A stretch of DNA of 63,427 nt from an uncultured Ruminococcus sp. (GTDB taxonomy: Bacteria > Bacillota > Clostridia > Oscillospirales > CAG-272), in contig CAZUUA010000010.1 of the NCBI GenBank assembly GCA_964623635.1, forward strand, positions 1 to 63,427, given 5' to 3'. Both the position numbers and the translations under genes were made by a program. Within the stretch, counting starts at the first letter, position 1; every line of letters starts with the position of its first letter. The notes under the pieces are model-generated. The model had not been told where the DNA came from and did not search any database. It saw nothing but the letters and a program-made list of their open reading frames with translations. Shown here piece by piece: positions 41,359 through 51,527 of the stretch.

Positions 41359-42330
41359 TCAGTGCTTCTTGGAGATGGCATAGCCGGCAGCAGAAACAAG
41401 GGCACATACAGCGGCAACTACGCCAGCGTCAAAGGTCTGGGGAGCAGCTACAACTGCGGTATCGGCAACGGCAGCATCCACTACCTCAGCTTCAGCCACA
41501 ACGACCGGTGCGTCTACCAGAGACAGGCACAGGGAGCACATATCCTGCGCTACCCATGCACAGCCGTTGCTGCAGTCGGTACGCATACAGGTGTCACCAT
41601 TGGTACCGGCAGGACCGTCTACGTCGTTAACCAAAGCCAACCACAGACCAATCTCCAGTCCTTCGGATGCGGTCATACTGGTCAGGTCATACAGAGGCGC
41701 ACCATCACCGGAACGGCCTACGCCATTGACGAAGATGTAATCCACCCAGGGGATCGCCAGCTCGGCACAGTAGTTGATGCCGTCAGCGGAGTATGCCTTA
41801 GAGTAACCGGGGATCTCAGAAGTGATGTTCTTGGTCTGTTCGCCGTCTTTGGTGGAACGGAATGCATCGCCCCAAACAAATGCCTGCTGGTCAGCGGTAA
41901 AGCCTACGCCAAAGATGATGGGATGGCAGTCTTCCAGCTGATAATCGGGGTTGAAGCCGATCTGTACCATGTCACCGGCCCGGAACCAGTCCGCATTTTC
42001 AGGACCGTCCTGAGAGGGTGTGGTGTCGCCTTCTACGGTGATACCAACATACAGGTTGTCAGCGTCCCAAGTGAAGTAGAAGGTGTAGGTCTCACCGTTG
42101 AAGCTGCCGACCCAGGTACCGTCGGAGTAGTACTGTGTACCGTCTACCGCAATGGGTGTGTTGCCGGCATATTCGCCTTCGGAGATCACACCGTCCAGTA
42201 CGGTAGGCGTGTTCGTGCCTACGATATCGAAGGTGAATTCAGCCGGAGTAGCAGCGGCCGAGATAGCGCACATGGATACAGCAGTGGCGGTGCTGAGCAG
42301 TGCAGCAAAAATACGTTTCCAGTTTTTCAT
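41359..42330 (-). CDS. Surface protein with CBM9/DOMON-like sugar-binding domain and sorting-like C-terminus
   Basis: Signal peptide; LDGVISEGEY, WDADNLYV and ELAIPW segments; APQTFD + TM + KKH tail. Confidence 0.72.
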   Translation of the reverse strand: MKNWKRIFAALLSTATAVSMCAISAAATPAEFTFDIVGTNTPTVLDGVISEGEYAGNTPIAVDGTQYYSDGTWVGSFNGETYTFYFTWDADNLYVGITVEGDTTPSQDGPENADWFRAGDMVQIGFNPDYQLEDCHPIIFGVGFTADQQAFVWGDAFRSTKDGEQTKNITSEIPGYSKAYSADGINYCAELAIPWVDYIFVNGVGRSGDGAPLYDLTSMTASEGLEIGLWLALVNDVDGPAGTNGDTCMRTDCSNGCAWVAQDMCSLCLSLVDAPVVVAEAEVVDAAVADTAVVAAPQTFDAGVVAAVCALVSAAGYAISKKH

Positions 42331-42564
42331 GTCCATTCTCCTTTTTTGTAAATCGTACAAAGATTGATGTTATCATTATAGCACCCTGCCGCAGATTTGT
42401 AAACCACGTATATTACCTTTTTTATGACATTTATTATCCTTTGTCGGAAAACAAAAGAAAAAGCCAAAGTACCTCAAAAAATGAGAAAAATATGTTGCAA
42501 TCTGTCCGCATTTTGTGTATACTAAGGAAAAGGATTGTGAAGAACACCCAGAAGGAGAGACAAA

Positions 42565-43629
42565 ATGGATGCAAGAGAAGAACTGGACAGACTGGTAGAG
42601 CTGCACGATGACACAGAGGACAAACTATGCATTGCCGAAGGAGAGACATATTTGTACCTACAAGAGATGCTGCCCATCGAGATCTTTCTGCGTACCCAGT
42701 GGCAAGGCGGCCAGCGTTTGTCGTGGGACTATACGTCCATGGTGCAGGAGCAATATCGTTTCCGCAAGCTGCCGTCTTCCATGAACATCCAGATCAGCCG
42801 CCACTTCCGCTACGACTGCAGCCGAGAACACACCCATGCGTATTTCCAGCTCAATTACGTCCTGGAAGGCACACCGGCCATCCACGTGGGACATAAGATC
42901 TACAAAGCGGTGCCGGGGGATTTTTTCCTGTTGGCGCCGGGTGTGCCTCACTGGATCGAATCCTTTGCAGACGATATTATCGTGCTGAAGGTGTACATCA
43001 AATACAGCACCTTTGAAAATACCTTTTTCCGGCTGCTGGGCGAGAAGAACGTGCTGACCTCCTTTTTTCGCCGGGTGCTGTGCGGGGAAGACGGCGAGGG
43101 CAACTACATCTGCTTCCACACCGATGCTACGTCCTTCTTCCGGGATACCATGCTGGAGACCTATCGCCTATTCATGAACCGGGTCGAGTATCGGGAGATC
43201 ATCATGGAATGCCGGATCACGGAGCTGTTCTGTCATCTGGTGCGGCTGTGCATGGAACCGTCCCACACCAGTCTGGATACCGGTGAAGTGGCTGGGGTGG
43301 GCAGGGTGCTTGCCTATATGCGACAGCATTCGGAGACGGCCACCTTAGAGGATACGGCGGCCTGGTCGGGCTATTCCCGGAATTATCTGTGTCGCCTGCT
43401 GCGCAGTGGTACCGGCAAGACCTTCACGGAGCTGCTCAACGCCATGCGGATCGAAAAGGCCTGCCAGCTGTTGGTGCGTACCGACGATCCGGTCACAGAC
43501 ATCGCCAGTCGGGTCGGCTATGGCACCATCAAGCATTTCTACCGTGTCTTCCACCAGGTCACCGATAGGACACCCGGCGATTACCGCAAAGCCCACAGAG
43601 AACAACGGGAATACATAAGTCAACGCTGA
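42565..43629 (+). CDS. AraC family transcriptional regulator
   Basis: HTHAYFQLNYV cupin; GYGTIKHFYRVF HTH. Confidence 0.92.
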   Translation: MDAREELDRLVELHDDTEDKLCIAEGETYLYLQEMLPIEIFLRTQWQGGQRLSWDYTSMVQEQYRFRKLPSSMNIQISRHFRYDCSREHTHAYFQLNYVLEGTPAIHVGHKIYKAVPGDFFLLAPGVPHWIESFADDIIVLKVYIKYSTFENTFFRLLGEKNVLTSFFRRVLCGEDGEGNYICFHTDATSFFRDTMLETYRLFMNRVEYREIIMECRITELFCHLVRLCMEPSHTSLDTGEVAGVGRVLAYMRQHSETATLEDTAAWSGYSRNYLCRLLRSGTGKTFTELLNAMRIEKACQLLVRTDDPVTDIASRVGYGTIKHFYRVFHQVTDRTPGDYRKAHREQREYISQR

Positions 43630-43640
43630 ATAGGCATTAG

Positions 43641-43668
43641 AAAAAGAGAGGTGGACCCTCTCTTTTTT
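43641..43668. terminator. Bidirectional terminator
   Basis: AAAAAGAGAGG...CCTCTCTTTTTT. Confidence 0.85.
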
Positions 43669-43680
43669 GATATGTCGATA

Positions 43681-44268
43681 CTACAGCGCCGCCTTCACAC
43701 TTTCCACCACAGCGGTACAAAGTGCGTCGTACCCGGCGTCCGCAAAGTGGGTACCGTCACCGCTGTAGGCGTCCATAGGCAGTGCGGCACTGATGGCGTA
43801 CAGGTCATCGATGGCACAGCCGTACTTTGCCGACAGCCGCACCAGCGCTTCGTTCCGCTCTACCACCAGCTTGTGGAATTCTGTGGGGACATCCGTGCCG
43901 GGGTTGTAGGTCTTCGTGCTGGTCACAAGGATCACCTTGCCCATGGCCATGAGCTTCTCCGTCAGCGCAGCCATACCGGCTTCGTACACCTCCGTGGTCA
44001 TGTGGGCTCCGTGTAGACCGTGGTTGAAGTGGATCACATCGTAGTGGCTGTCGGCGGCAAAGCTTTCCACAAGAGCACTGTAGAACGGTGCATCGATGGC
44101 GTAGGAGGTGGCGATGTAGTCCACCTGGCAGACACCACGCAGCGCTTCTCTGACCTTTGCCTGATATCCGTTGGTGATGGAGTCTCCGATCAGCAGCACT
44201 CTCGGCACGTCTGTCCGTGCGGTCTCGTCACACCAGCTGTGGATCCATTCGTATTTTTCTTTTAACAT
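43681..44268 (-). CDS. SGNH/GDSL hydrolase
   Basis: IGDSIT, FNHGLH and DGTHF motifs. Confidence 0.9.
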   Translation of the reverse strand: MLKEKYEWIHSWCDETARTDVPRVLLIGDSITNGYQAKVREALRGVCQVDYIATSYAIDAPFYSALVESFAADSHYDVIHFNHGLHGAHMTTEVYEAGMAALTEKLMAMGKVILVTSTKTYNPGTDVPTEFHKLVVERNEALVRLSAKYGCAIDDLYAISAALPMDAYSGDGTHFADAGYDALCTAVVESVKAAL

Positions 44269-44280
44269 AATTCTGTCCTT

Positions 44281-45297
44281 TCATTCTCCACGGCAGCAGC
44301 GCATAATCAGCCGGAACAGCCGGATCTCATAGTCGTAGGAATAGGGATTTTCCTTTTCTCCACGAACCATAGCGGCAAAATCCCTCATCATGGCATCGTA
44401 CCGGTCAAAGGGCTCACAGCTCCATTTTTCGGCACAGTCACGCCAGGGTGTCTTTTCGTTTTCGTAATTGGTGAAGGACGCATAGGTGCGCATAGTGCCG
44501 GCCGGGTCGGTGTCCAGATACTTTTCCAAAGGCTTGATTTCGATGGTGCCCTTTGTACCGCTGATCACCAGCTGCCGCCGCTCAAAGCCGTTGTATTCCA
44601 CTGCACTGGATTTCGCAAAGGAAGTACCGCCCGGATATTGCAGCAGCACCATGCCCTGATCCTCGGCCGTCACACCGTCAAAGCCGGCAGGCTGGCTCAG
44701 TGGGATCACCTGCATGGGCTCGCCCTGGAGCTGGTAGATCAGGTCGATCAGGTGACAGCCTAAGTAGTACAGCATACCGCCCGGATATTTCCCCAGCCAA
44801 TTCCGCTTTTCCACAGAATGCCGCACGCTCATTTGCGCTTCGACAGACAAAATATCCCCCAGCTTGCCTTCCTTGACATAGGCAAACGCCTTCTGGATCA
44901 CGGGATTGTACCGGTACATATAGCCCAGCTGGAAGGGCAGATGCTGCTTTTCCAAAGCGCGAGCCAGCTTTTCAAAGGCAGCTGCACCGGGAGAACCGGG
45001 TTTGTCCATGTGTACCGCCACGCCACGATCGGCAAAAAGCTGTGCATACCGGGTGGCGTATTCCTCATCGCATTCGATGGCAACGGCATCCAGATCCATG
45101 TCCAGCAGTTCTTTGACCGTGTACAGCTTGGCACCACGGAAGCAGCCATCGCTTTCCAGCCGTCCCATGTGCATCTCCACGGGCTCTGCCAGTCCAACGA
45201 CCTCATAATCGTCGGTGAGCTTCCGCATACTGGCAAAGGTCACGTTGGCATGGTCATGTCCCATACCCACCTGGGCAACGCGAATTTTCTTCTTCAT
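44281..45297 (-). CDS. Gfo/Idh/MocA oxidoreductase
   Basis: N-terminal Rossmann fold; HMDKP, GYMYRYNP and LGCHLID motifs. Confidence 0.9.
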   Translation of the reverse strand: MKKKIRVAQVGMGHDHANVTFASMRKLTDDYEVVGLAEPVEMHMGRLESDGCFRGAKLYTVKELLDMDLDAVAIECDEEYATRYAQLFADRGVAVHMDKPGSPGAAAFEKLARALEKQHLPFQLGYMYRYNPVIQKAFAYVKEGKLGDILSVEAQMSVRHSVEKRNWLGKYPGGMLYYLGCHLIDLIYQLQGEPMQVIPLSQPAGFDGVTAEDQGMVLLQYPGGTSFAKSSAVEYNGFERRQLVISGTKGTIEIKPLEKYLDTDPAGTMRTYASFTNYENEKTPWRDCAEKWSCEPFDRYDAMMRDFAAMVRGEKENPYSYDYEIRLFRLIMRCCRGE

Positions 45298-45304
45298 ACT
45301 TTCC

Positions 45305-46069
45305 TCACAGCGTAACGTCTGCGAATACAGGCGAATGGTCGGTGGCATCCAATGCTTCTCTGTCCAGCACCAGCCGATACTGCTCCACGGTGAACTGTCC
45401 CAGACCAATGATGTGGTCGATGGAGGCACGGTGGGGCTTGTCGGTGGTGGAGCCGTGGTATTTGCCGTCTGCACCACGCACCGGATCCCCATGGTGGGAG
45501 CTAATGTTTTCCTTATTGTCGGTCATGTCCCACAGGTGACGGATGTGGAAGCCACCGTATACCGTGAACACACCGCTGCCTCGTGGGGTATTCATATCGC
45601 CGAACGCAAAGACCGGACAACCAAAGCGCTGGTGAAGCTGTGTCATCAGCGTAGCAAGCTGCGTTCCGTTGATCACACGGACAGCATCATGCTCTGGGCC
45701 GGTCATCCACCAAAAGTGGGTATTGCAGGCAGCAAAGCGTCCTTCGTCACTTTCAAACACAGCCCAGGTGATGGCCTTGGAAGCATCGGTGGTGTCGGTG
45801 AGTCGTTCGTAGCCCTTGGCGATGGGGTGTAGCTTCTGTTTGTTGTACAAAAAGGGAACATAGTTGTCCCAGTCGGTCTCGGCACCGATGGTGGCATAGG
45901 TGTCGGCAAGAGCTTCGAACAGTCCGCTGTGGTACCAGCTGCCGGTGATCTCCTGCAGTCCCAGAATGTCCGGCGCATACTTTTTGTATACCGTAAGCAC
46001 CTGGTCACAGCGCTCCTCTACCGGATTGCCGAAATAGTCACCCCAGATGTTGCTCGTCATGATCCGCAT
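45305..46069 (-). CDS. Endonuclease/exonuclease/phosphatase family protein
   Basis: MTSNI, GLQE, NTH, GDMN, IDHI and TDHSPV motifs. Confidence 0.9.
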   Translation of the reverse strand: MRIMTSNIWGDYFGNPVEERCDQVLTVYKKYAPDILGLQEITGSWYHSGLFEALADTYATIGAETDWDNYVPFLYNKQKLHPIAKGYERLTDTTDASKAITWAVFESDEGRFAACNTHFWWMTGPEHDAVRVINGTQLATLMTQLHQRFGCPVFAFGDMNTPRGSGVFTVYGGFHIRHLWDMTDNKENISSHHGDPVRGADGKYHGSTTDKPHRASIDHIIGLGQFTVEQYRLVLDREALDATDHSPVFADVTL

Positions 46070-46072
46070 GGC

Positions 46073-47089
46073 TCAGTCCTCCCGCCACTGGAACTGCACA
46101 ACGGGGAATACCTTTTCCACCATCAGTCGGGCATAGACTTCCGGGCATTCTTCGGGCTTGTGGGTCTCCTGTACCAGGTCGGCCATGTGCAGTCGTCCCA
46201 TGGAGGTCAGGCGCAGCAGGGCAGCGATGTCGTCTCTGGTGGTCCACCAACCGGGATGGGATTCGTTGTCGGGACGAGCTAAGGTGTGTGCGCCGATCAG
46301 GGTGATGCCGGGGCCGTGTACCTTCCGGTAGTAGTCGATGGTGAAGTTGGAGTCACGGGTGCAGCCCAGCAGTGCCACACGACCGAACCGTGCCATGCAG
46401 TCCAGCACCTGATCCAGAGCCTTGCCGTTGCCGGTCACCTCAATGGCCACCTTTACGCCGCCGGTCAGAGACTTGACATTCTTGACAAAATCCGGTGCAA
46501 AGGGATCAAAGGCATAGTCGGCACCCAGCGTCAGGGCACGCTCTCTCTTGGCAGGATCGGGATCCACGGCGATGATCGGGCAGGCACCGGACAGACGCAG
46601 TAGCTGTACCGCCACCTGACCCAGCACGCCCTGCCCCATGACGATGGCAGATTCGCCCATTTCCAGTCGGCACTTGCGAATGGCAGCCATGGGGAAGGTA
46701 CCGATCAGACCCAGCGCCGCATCCTTCCAGTCCACGTTGTCGGGCAGCTTGTGGATATTGCCGGCGTCCTTGATGACATACTGGTTGTGGGTGCTCCAGG
46801 ACACGCATACTCGGTCGCCCACCTTTACATGGGTCACGCCTGCACCCACTTCTCTCACGTATCCGGCGCAGCTGTAGCCCAGACGACGGGGAAAATAGGT
46901 GGCCATATCCGGCAGATCGGGACCGATACCAATGTTGGGATTGCCGGACAGGTTGGCACGTTCGGTACCACTGCTGACGGTGGAGCGTACCACCTCGACC
47001 AGCACTTCACCGGCGTTGGGCGAACGAAGCTCTTCTTCCCGCAGCTCGGCAATACCGGGAGCGGTGAATGCGATATACTTGTTTTTCAT
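46073..47089 (-). CDS. Zinc-binding-type alcohol dehydrogenase (MDR family)
   Basis: VSSGTE, GYSCAG, GQGVLG and EVTG motifs. Confidence 0.88.
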   Translation of the reverse strand: MKNKYIAFTAPGIAELREEELRSPNAGEVLVEVVRSTVSSGTERANLSGNPNIGIGPDLPDMATYFPRRLGYSCAGYVREVGAGVTHVKVGDRVCVSWSTHNQYVIKDAGNIHKLPDNVDWKDAALGLIGTFPMAAIRKCRLEMGESAIVMGQGVLGQVAVQLLRLSGACPIIAVDPDPAKRERALTLGADYAFDPFAPDFVKNVKSLTGGVKVAIEVTGNGKALDQVLDCMARFGRVALLGCTRDSNFTIDYYRKVHGPGITLIGAHTLARPDNESHPGWWTTRDDIAALLRLTSMGRLHMADLVQETHKPEECPEVYARLMVEKVFPVVQFQWRED

Positions 47090-47178
47090 GAAAATATCTC
47101 CTTATGCAAATCCTTTTTACAAAAAGGGAACAAAGCCCTGATACAACGATGTACCAGCGATTTGTTCCCGATATGATT

Positions 47179-48168
47179 TTAACCTTCTTTGACTGTCAGC
47201 ACGACCTTACCCACGTTTTCGCCACGGTAGAGGATGTCCTGAGCGGCTTCGGCTTCGGTGATGGGCAGCACGGCGTGGATCTTCTGGGGGATCTTGCCGG
47301 ATTCGATCATGGGCCACACCTTCTCCACCAGCTCAGCTAAGATCTCACCCTTGACCTCCGGGCTCTTGCTGCGCAGGGTACTGCCGATGAGCCGGATATT
47401 CTTCACGTACACATTGCGGAAGTCGATAACGGAATCGTCTCCGGCCAGTGTAGCGATCATGACCCAGCGGCACCCAAAGGCAACATGACGCAGGCACTCG
47501 CCCAGAGTAGGTCCACCCAGACAGTCGATGGCCATATTCACCGGATGACCGGCGGCGGCTTCTTCCTTCAGTACCTCGGCAAGGGATTCGGTGGTGGTAT
47601 CTACGACCCGGTCGGCGTGGAGATAGGCCACCTGCTCGACCTTCTCCTGACCAAGCACGGTGGTGATGACACGCAGACCCATAGCACGAGCCATAGGGAT
47701 CACCACGCTGGCAAGTCCACTGGCACCGGCCTGCATAAGCAGTGTCTCACCGGCTTTTGCTTCGCCTACGTAGGACAGATTCAGCCAGGCGGTGGCAAAG
47801 GCTTCCGGCAGTGCGGCGGCTTCCACCATGGACAGACCCTTGGGTATGGGCATACACATACAGGACGGCACGGTCACATATTCGGCGTACCCACCGCCAC
47901 CCAGCAGGGCGCACACCTTGTCACCCAAATGGAAACGACCTTCGGCTTCGGCTTCGGGAGAGAGGGCACAGATCACACCGGCGACCTCCAGTCCGGGCCA
48001 ATCGGGACAACCTGGCGGCGGCGGATAGGTACCTTCTCTTTGCAAAAGATCGGCTCGGTTCAGGGCAGCGGCATACACCTCGATGCAAACCTCTCCGGCA
48101 GCCGGTGTCGGATCCGGTACATCCTGCCAGACCAGAGAACGATCTTCCTTGATCACAATAGCTTTCAT
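47179..48168 (-). CDS. NAD(P)H-quinone oxidoreductase (zeta-crystallin/PIG3 family)
   Basis: ALNRADLLQ, PGLEVAG, GGGYAEY and GSTLRS motifs. Confidence 0.92.
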   Translation of the reverse strand: MKAIVIKEDRSLVWQDVPDPTPAAGEVCIEVYAAALNRADLLQREGTYPPPPGCPDWPGLEVAGVICALSPEAEAEGRFHLGDKVCALLGGGGYAEYVTVPSCMCMPIPKGLSMVEAAALPEAFATAWLNLSYVGEAKAGETLLMQAGASGLASVVIPMARAMGLRVITTVLGQEKVEQVAYLHADRVVDTTTESLAEVLKEEAAAGHPVNMAIDCLGGPTLGECLRHVAFGCRWVMIATLAGDDSVIDFRNVYVKNIRLIGSTLRSKSPEVKGEILAELVEKVWPMIESGKIPQKIHAVLPITEAEAAQDILYRGENVGKVVLTVKEG

Positions 48169-48276
48169 TTCTTTTATACCTCACAAGAGCAGCGCTGTAC
48201 GACCGTTATGGATGGAGCAGCTCCGCTGTTTTTTCTATTCTTATAATAGCACATAGGACGGTGTTTGTCAAGACGC

Positions 48277-48315
48277 TTTTTCGTTGAACTTTTTCGTTGA
48301 ACTTTTTCGGTGAAA
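48277..48315. repeat. Tandem 13-bp repeat (TTTTTCGTTGAAC) upstream of the quinone-reductase promoter
   Basis: Two exact copies and one degenerate copy next to a minus-strand TTGACA at 48271-48266. Confidence 0.75.
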
Positions 48316-48331
48316 AAGGAACGATGCGATA

Positions 48332-49018
48332 CTACACATGGAACCGGCGGAACAGCTCCGACGAAAAGCTGCGCCAGCGAAAGAGCAGCTGGAAGCACAG
48401 CAGACACACCGCTACCCCTACGCTGATCACCGCAAAGGCCGGTACCGAGATCACGCCGCAGCAGTATAAAATGGCAGTCAGCACCGAGCCGATCATGCTC
48501 AGAAGAAAGTATATCCCATAGGTGGAGGAGTTTTTGCGATCCACCAGAGACAGCACAAAATAGAATATGCTCAGGGCACCGGACATAATGGGCAGCACAT
48601 AGTTCACGCTCCAATGGTACCAGTCCAGGAGATTGTCGATCCAGATGCACACACCGGTGGACAGTATCGCTAAATATAAGATATTCTTAGGAATATTCTT
48701 GCGTTTGCGGTAGCCGATGTTCACAATGAGCCAGGCGCAGATGGTGATCAGCGTCAGCGGAATGTACAGCGCCAGATGGGGAATGAAGACAAAGTTCAGA
48801 ATGTTGATGATCAAAATGCACACGATGGCAGCGAAGGTGGAGATCTTGAAGATCAGATTGTAGGAGAACTGCTGTGGGATCTCCGGATAGACCAGGGAAC
48901 GTTCGGTCTCGCCTTTACCCAGGATCTTGCCGCACAGAGGACAGCGGTTTCGTTCGCCGGTCAGATGCACGCCGCATTTGGTACAGTAGAGGGTATCATG
49001 GTTCTCGTGTTCGTTCAT
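48332..49018 (-). CDS. Zinc-ribbon plus multi-TM membrane protein (DUF6320-like)
   Basis: YCTKCGV...CPLC, about 6 TM helices, WSVNYVLP, ELFRRFHV end. Confidence 0.75.
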   Translation of the reverse strand: MNEHENHDTLYCTKCGVHLTGERNRCPLCGKILGKGETERSLVYPEIPQQFSYNLIFKISTFAAIVCILIINILNFVFIPHLALYIPLTLITICAWLIVNIGYRKRKNIPKNILYLAILSTGVCIWIDNLLDWYHWSVNYVLPIMSGALSIFYFVLSLVDRKNSSTYGIYFLLSMIGSVLTAILYCCGVISVPAFAVISVGVAVCLLCFQLLFRWRSFSSELFRRFHV

Positions 49019-50397
49019 TCTTCGGCGACCTCCTTTTCGGTGTAGTTGGTGGTGATGGTCAGCGACGGATCCACAGCGGCCAGTCTGCGGAAGAAGGAAC
49101 GCTCCAGCTCCCGTCCGGCCAGTACCCCGGCAAACACAATCTGCATCCGGTCCCCATAAGAGCAGATGCAGACCTGCTTGGTGGCGCAGCTGTTGATCAC
49201 CATGAAGCTGTCCACATATTCGGCCAGTTCCGGCGGCATTTCCACCTTGCCCATGTTGGACAGGCAAATGGTACGGCGGTTGTCGTTCAGGATCTGGTAG
49301 CGGGACATGACAAAGTTTTTCAGCCCCAGCGGCAGGATCCGCACCAGCCAGAATTTCTCGATCTTCACCTGCTCGGCGATTATTTCCTCCATGGCTTCGT
49401 GGGTCAGCTTTTCGTGCATGGCTTCGGTCACGTGGCGGCAGATGGTGGAGAGATCCTCGCCATTGGAAAAGTCGTATTCGATGTTCACGATGCCAAAAAA
49501 GTTTCGTGCCGTGTCGGAAGGAAAGTAGGTGCGCAGGTTTACCGGCACGGCGATGGACACCGGCTTGTGGCGATCTCTGGGATCCATGATGTCCCGAAGA
49601 CTGGCGATGAGCAGTGCCGTGGTGAACACCGTCACCGTGACCCCTTCTGCCTTGGCCGCCGCTTTGATGGCATTCACGGAGGCTTGTCCCTCGGTCACCA
49701 ACAGCCGCAGGTCGTGGGATTTTTGTCCTCGGAGCCGGTAAACTTTTTTCCGTTCTTTCCCCAAAATCCCGGCAATGTCTTTACTTTTGATCCGTTTTTT
49801 GTTATAATATTGACTGAAGCTATCCACTGCCTTTTCGGTGCCGGTGCTGTCGATGCCAATGTCCGGCATGACGGAGGGCACCACATCCCGGTGCAGACTG
49901 GTGAGATAATGCATGAGCACCGTCCGGAAAAACATGAACGCACCGGTGCCGTCACACAGCGCATGGAACACCTCCAGATGCACCCGGTTTTTGTAATAGG
50001 ACACATCGAACAGCAGACCGCAGGGTTCGTTGCGATAGATGGGACCGCAGGGCGTGGCGTTTTCCTCGTGGATGTGGGGCCTATGGCTGGTCTTTTCCAG
50101 ATAATACCAGAACATCCCATGCCGTAGAGTGCAGGAGAACAGGGGATATTCCTCCATGGCAGCATTGACGGCGTCCTCCAAAAGGTCGGGCTGTACCGGT
50201 TCCTTCAGCACACAGGAGATGCGAAAGACCTCGCTGTCCTCCGGGGAGACCAAAGCCGGGAACACCTTTGCCATATTGTCCAGCCGTTCCCAGTGTACGG
50301 TCCGGTCACGCCAATAATGGAGACGGCTATCTTTGAGACTACGACTGCTTTGTGTACTGTTTGTGTGGTCATCAGAGTAATTCGGATGGTTCGACAT
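49015..50397 (-). CDS. Alcohol acetyltransferase / condensation-fold acyltransferase
   Basis: LDNMAKVFP, HALCDG (HxxxDG), PVNLR..F..RNF and SNMG motifs. Confidence 0.85.
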   Translation of the reverse strand: MSNHPNYSDDHTNSTQSSRSLKDSRLHYWRDRTVHWERLDNMAKVFPALVSPEDSEVFRISCVLKEPVQPDLLEDAVNAAMEEYPLFSCTLRHGMFWYYLEKTSHRPHIHEENATPCGPIYRNEPCGLLFDVSYYKNRVHLEVFHALCDGTGAFMFFRTVLMHYLTSLHRDVVPSVMPDIGIDSTGTEKAVDSFSQYYNKKRIKSKDIAGILGKERKKVYRLRGQKSHDLRLLVTEGQASVNAIKAAAKAEGVTVTVFTTALLIASLRDIMDPRDRHKPVSIAVPVNLRTYFPSDTARNFFGIVNIEYDFSNGEDLSTICRHVTEAMHEKLTHEAMEEIIAEQVKIEKFWLVRILPLGLKNFVMSRYQILNDNRRTICLSNMGKVEMPPELAEYVDSFMVINSCATKQVCICSYGDRMQIVFAGVLAGRELERSFFRRLAAVDPSLTITTNYTEKEVAEE

Positions 50398-51334
50398 GAT
50401 TGGCTCCTTGTAAAAAGGCTATAATATGTTTATAGAGTTGTCTGGTGATAGGCGTGGCCGGCGGCAGACTGAGCATACCGTGGATACCGTTTTTGATCCG
50501 GCGAACGGTCACAGGCGTCCCACCGTCTCGCAAGGCTCTGGCAAGGGCTTCCCCCTCGTCACGCAGCGGATCGAATTCCATGGTCAGAAGCAGCGTCTCC
50601 GGCAGGTCGGCAAAATTGGTATGCCGCAGCGGTGCAAAGTAGGGATTTTCGTAATCGGCATCACAGGAGCGATACAGCTCCATGTAGTCCTGTAGCTTCT
50701 TGAGGGTCAGCAGATATTCCTCGCCGTTTTCCAGCACAGAGGCAAAAGGCGTGTCTTCCCGGTAATCGCACCAGGCAGCCGGGTAGACCAGGATCTGTTT
50801 CTTCGGCAAACGACCGCCACGGTCTCGTGCCATCATGGAGCTTACGCAGGACAGGGTCCCGCCGGCACTGTCTCCCATGACCACCACCTCGTCCGGATCT
50901 GCCTGGTACCAATCGGCGCAGTGAGCCAGAATGGTCTGGACAGCGGCATAGCAGTCTTCGGGGCCGGCCGGGAATTTGTGTTCCGGTGCCAGGCGATAGT
51001 CGATGGCGATGACCTTGTAGCCGGTCTGGGCAGCCAGATGGGCACACACATGGCTGTAGCTGTCGAAATCACCGGTGACAAAGCCGCCGCCGTGAAAGTA
51101 CAGGATCAGCGGTGCGAGTTTGCCGTCCCGGCTGAAGGCTCTGGTCAGCAGTGTTCGTTCCGGTTGACCATAGGCCGGTGGCAGTGTCAGCATCCGTTCC
51201 ATCATATTGGTAGTGATGCGATTGTAATAGGGTCTGGTGGCTTTTTCAAACTGTCGGGTCTCTTCATAATGATTCTTCAGGTCCACATCATATTTAGACA
51301 GCGCCGCCAACGCTTTTTTTACGATCGTGTTCAT
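50372..51334 (-). CDS. HSL-family alpha/beta hydrolase (esterase/lipase)
   Basis: HGGGF, DYRLAPEH, GDSAGG, DPLRDEG and HG motifs. Confidence 0.93.
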   Translation of the reverse strand: MNTIVKKALAALSKYDVDLKNHYEETRQFEKATRPYYNRITTNMMERMLTLPPAYGQPERTLLTRAFSRDGKLAPLILYFHGGGFVTGDFDSYSHVCAHLAAQTGYKVIAIDYRLAPEHKFPAGPEDCYAAVQTILAHCADWYQADPDEVVVMGDSAGGTLSCVSSMMARDRGGRLPKKQILVYPAAWCDYREDTPFASVLENGEEYLLTLKKLQDYMELYRSCDADYENPYFAPLRHTNFADLPETLLLTMEFDPLRDEGEALARALRDGGTPVTVRRIKNGIHGMLSLPPATPITRQLYKHIIAFLQGANHVEPSELL

Positions 51335-51378
51335 GTAGAAGTTATCGTCCTCACGTAATCACAAAAAATAACAGATAT

Positions 51379-51447
51379 ATTGTACCATATCTCCCACGAA
51401 ATTGCAAGATTTCGTGACGAAATTGCAAGATTTCGTGACAGAATTGC
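51379..51447. promoter_or_regulatory. Esterase-operon promoter overlapped by tandem 21-bp palindromes
   Basis: Minus-strand TTGCAA-17-TACAAT; ACGAAATTGCAAGATTTCGTG twice (51396-51437) plus a partial third copy. Confidence 0.75.
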
Positions 51448-51527
51448 CATCGGTTTTTGGGGGTAGTGAGACCAAAATAGAACCAATCAAACCATACGAT
51501 TATCGATAGAAAGTTCAGGTGTTACGC

